Shown here in pieces: positions 62,786 through 64,000 of a DNA stretch of 64,000 nucleotides (the stretch's first letter is position 1; each line of letters opens with the position of its first letter). The notes below the pieces were generated by a model, which was given only the letters and a program-made list of their open reading frames with translations, was not told the DNA's origin and ran no database searches. Origin of the DNA: Mytilus edulis (Eukaryota); contig NC_092348.1 of the NCBI RefSeq assembly GCF_963676685.1, forward strand, positions 64,976,001-65,040,000, given 5' to 3'. A program made the translations under genes and the position numbers.

Positions 62786-64000
62786 TATTGAGTGACTGGC
62801 CATGCAATATGTTTAATGATTTAACTAAAAACCACCACAACCACAAAAGTAGATGAAACAGAAAATTACTTATAAAATAGCAGTTTGATTTTAAGTTAAA
62901 TGTTAGGTAGTTTAAATCTTATCATTTATTCACAGTACATGTACATGATGTACATGTATGTGCATCAACATCATCAAGTGATCAAAGCTTCCATGCAATT
63001 TTAAAAAAATGCCTCAGTATCATATATTGTTGATATTTAAAATTTAAATTAAGAATTGAAATGTGGAATGTGTCAAAGAGACAACAACCTGACCATGAAG
63101 CAGAAAACAGCCAAAGGCCACCAAAGGGTCTTCAAGACTTCAACACAGCGAAAAATCTCAAACCCAGAGGTGGGCTTCAGCTTGTTTGTGGATCTATGGT
63201 CCGCAAACAGTCAAAAAATAACATAAGGACCTAAGAGCTACGGTTTCCACAGCTAGGCTTCAGCTGGCCCTTAAATAATAATGTATACTAGTTCAGAGAA
63301 AATGGACATCATGCATACTAAACTTCAAAACATAAATAAACTGAAATTAAAAAAAAGATACAAGACTGACAATTTAAGGCCAGAGACTAAGGATAGGTGC
63401 AAAAATGCACAAGACCATTTCAGAATAGGTAACAAAAAAGAATTAAGGCAAACCTATACATAAATTAACTTTAAGATGTACATGTATTACTAGCAGTAAC
63501 TGACATATTACCAACTATGCTAATTGTGTTATCTGTGTTATGCTTTAAGTGCCAGATAGATTACATGTACATTGTTGTACATGTTGTACCAGTTGCAATT
63601 TTATGAAAATAAGGAAATGGGGTATGATTCCCAATGAGACAGCTATATATAATATCCACCAAAGTTCAAATCAAGTAATTGTAACCAATCATGGCAATAA
63701 TTTATACATTCCTAGCAACAAAAAAGACAACAATATGCCAGAGAGTACTGGGAGTTACTGACAGCTAGTTTAAAGCAAAACAGAAAAAATCATGTAACTA
63801 AGACAAAAATATTCATCAGCACACATCCAACTTCCAATAGATATTATAGTGTAAAGATGTAATTAACAGTCTGACATCTGGTATTTTTATTACCATTTAT
63901 AATTATGCTTTCTGTGTTGATTACAGTATCAGTGTGGTCAGTAAGGTCATCTGTTATGGTTTTACCAATTATGTTAAATGTTTTCACTAGTTGGGTTATC

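Overview
AT-rich, intron-containing animal genomic DNA. The repeat families and genes look like a bivalve mollusc, probably Mytilus; this is recognition, not a database result. Four gene loci were rebuilt by hand from GT-AG splice sites and exon phases. (1) 1295-3669 (+): complete 5-coding-exon secreted apextrin-like (ApeC) protein, 217 aa. (2) 52984-28751 (-): intact 16-coding-exon gene of 1688 aa with two tandem TIR/SEFIR-like repeats, a helical region, two tandem tyrosine-kinase-fold pseudokinase domains and a disordered tail. (3) 11742-22704 (+): convergently oriented paralog of gene 2, broken mid-exon at its 5' end and frameshifted in its Tyr-motif-rich last exon; probable pseudogene. (4) 59072-58068 (-): intronless, bacterial-type DUF3472 CDS with a spliceosomal acceptor directly before its ATG; candidate domesticated horizontal transfer. 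The remainder is non-autonomous transposons (MITEs, SINEs, Penelope-like remnants, Helentron-like repeats), a 1.7-kb near-identical tandem duplication and small tandem repeats. Most short ORFs in the supplied track are spurious or repeat-derived.
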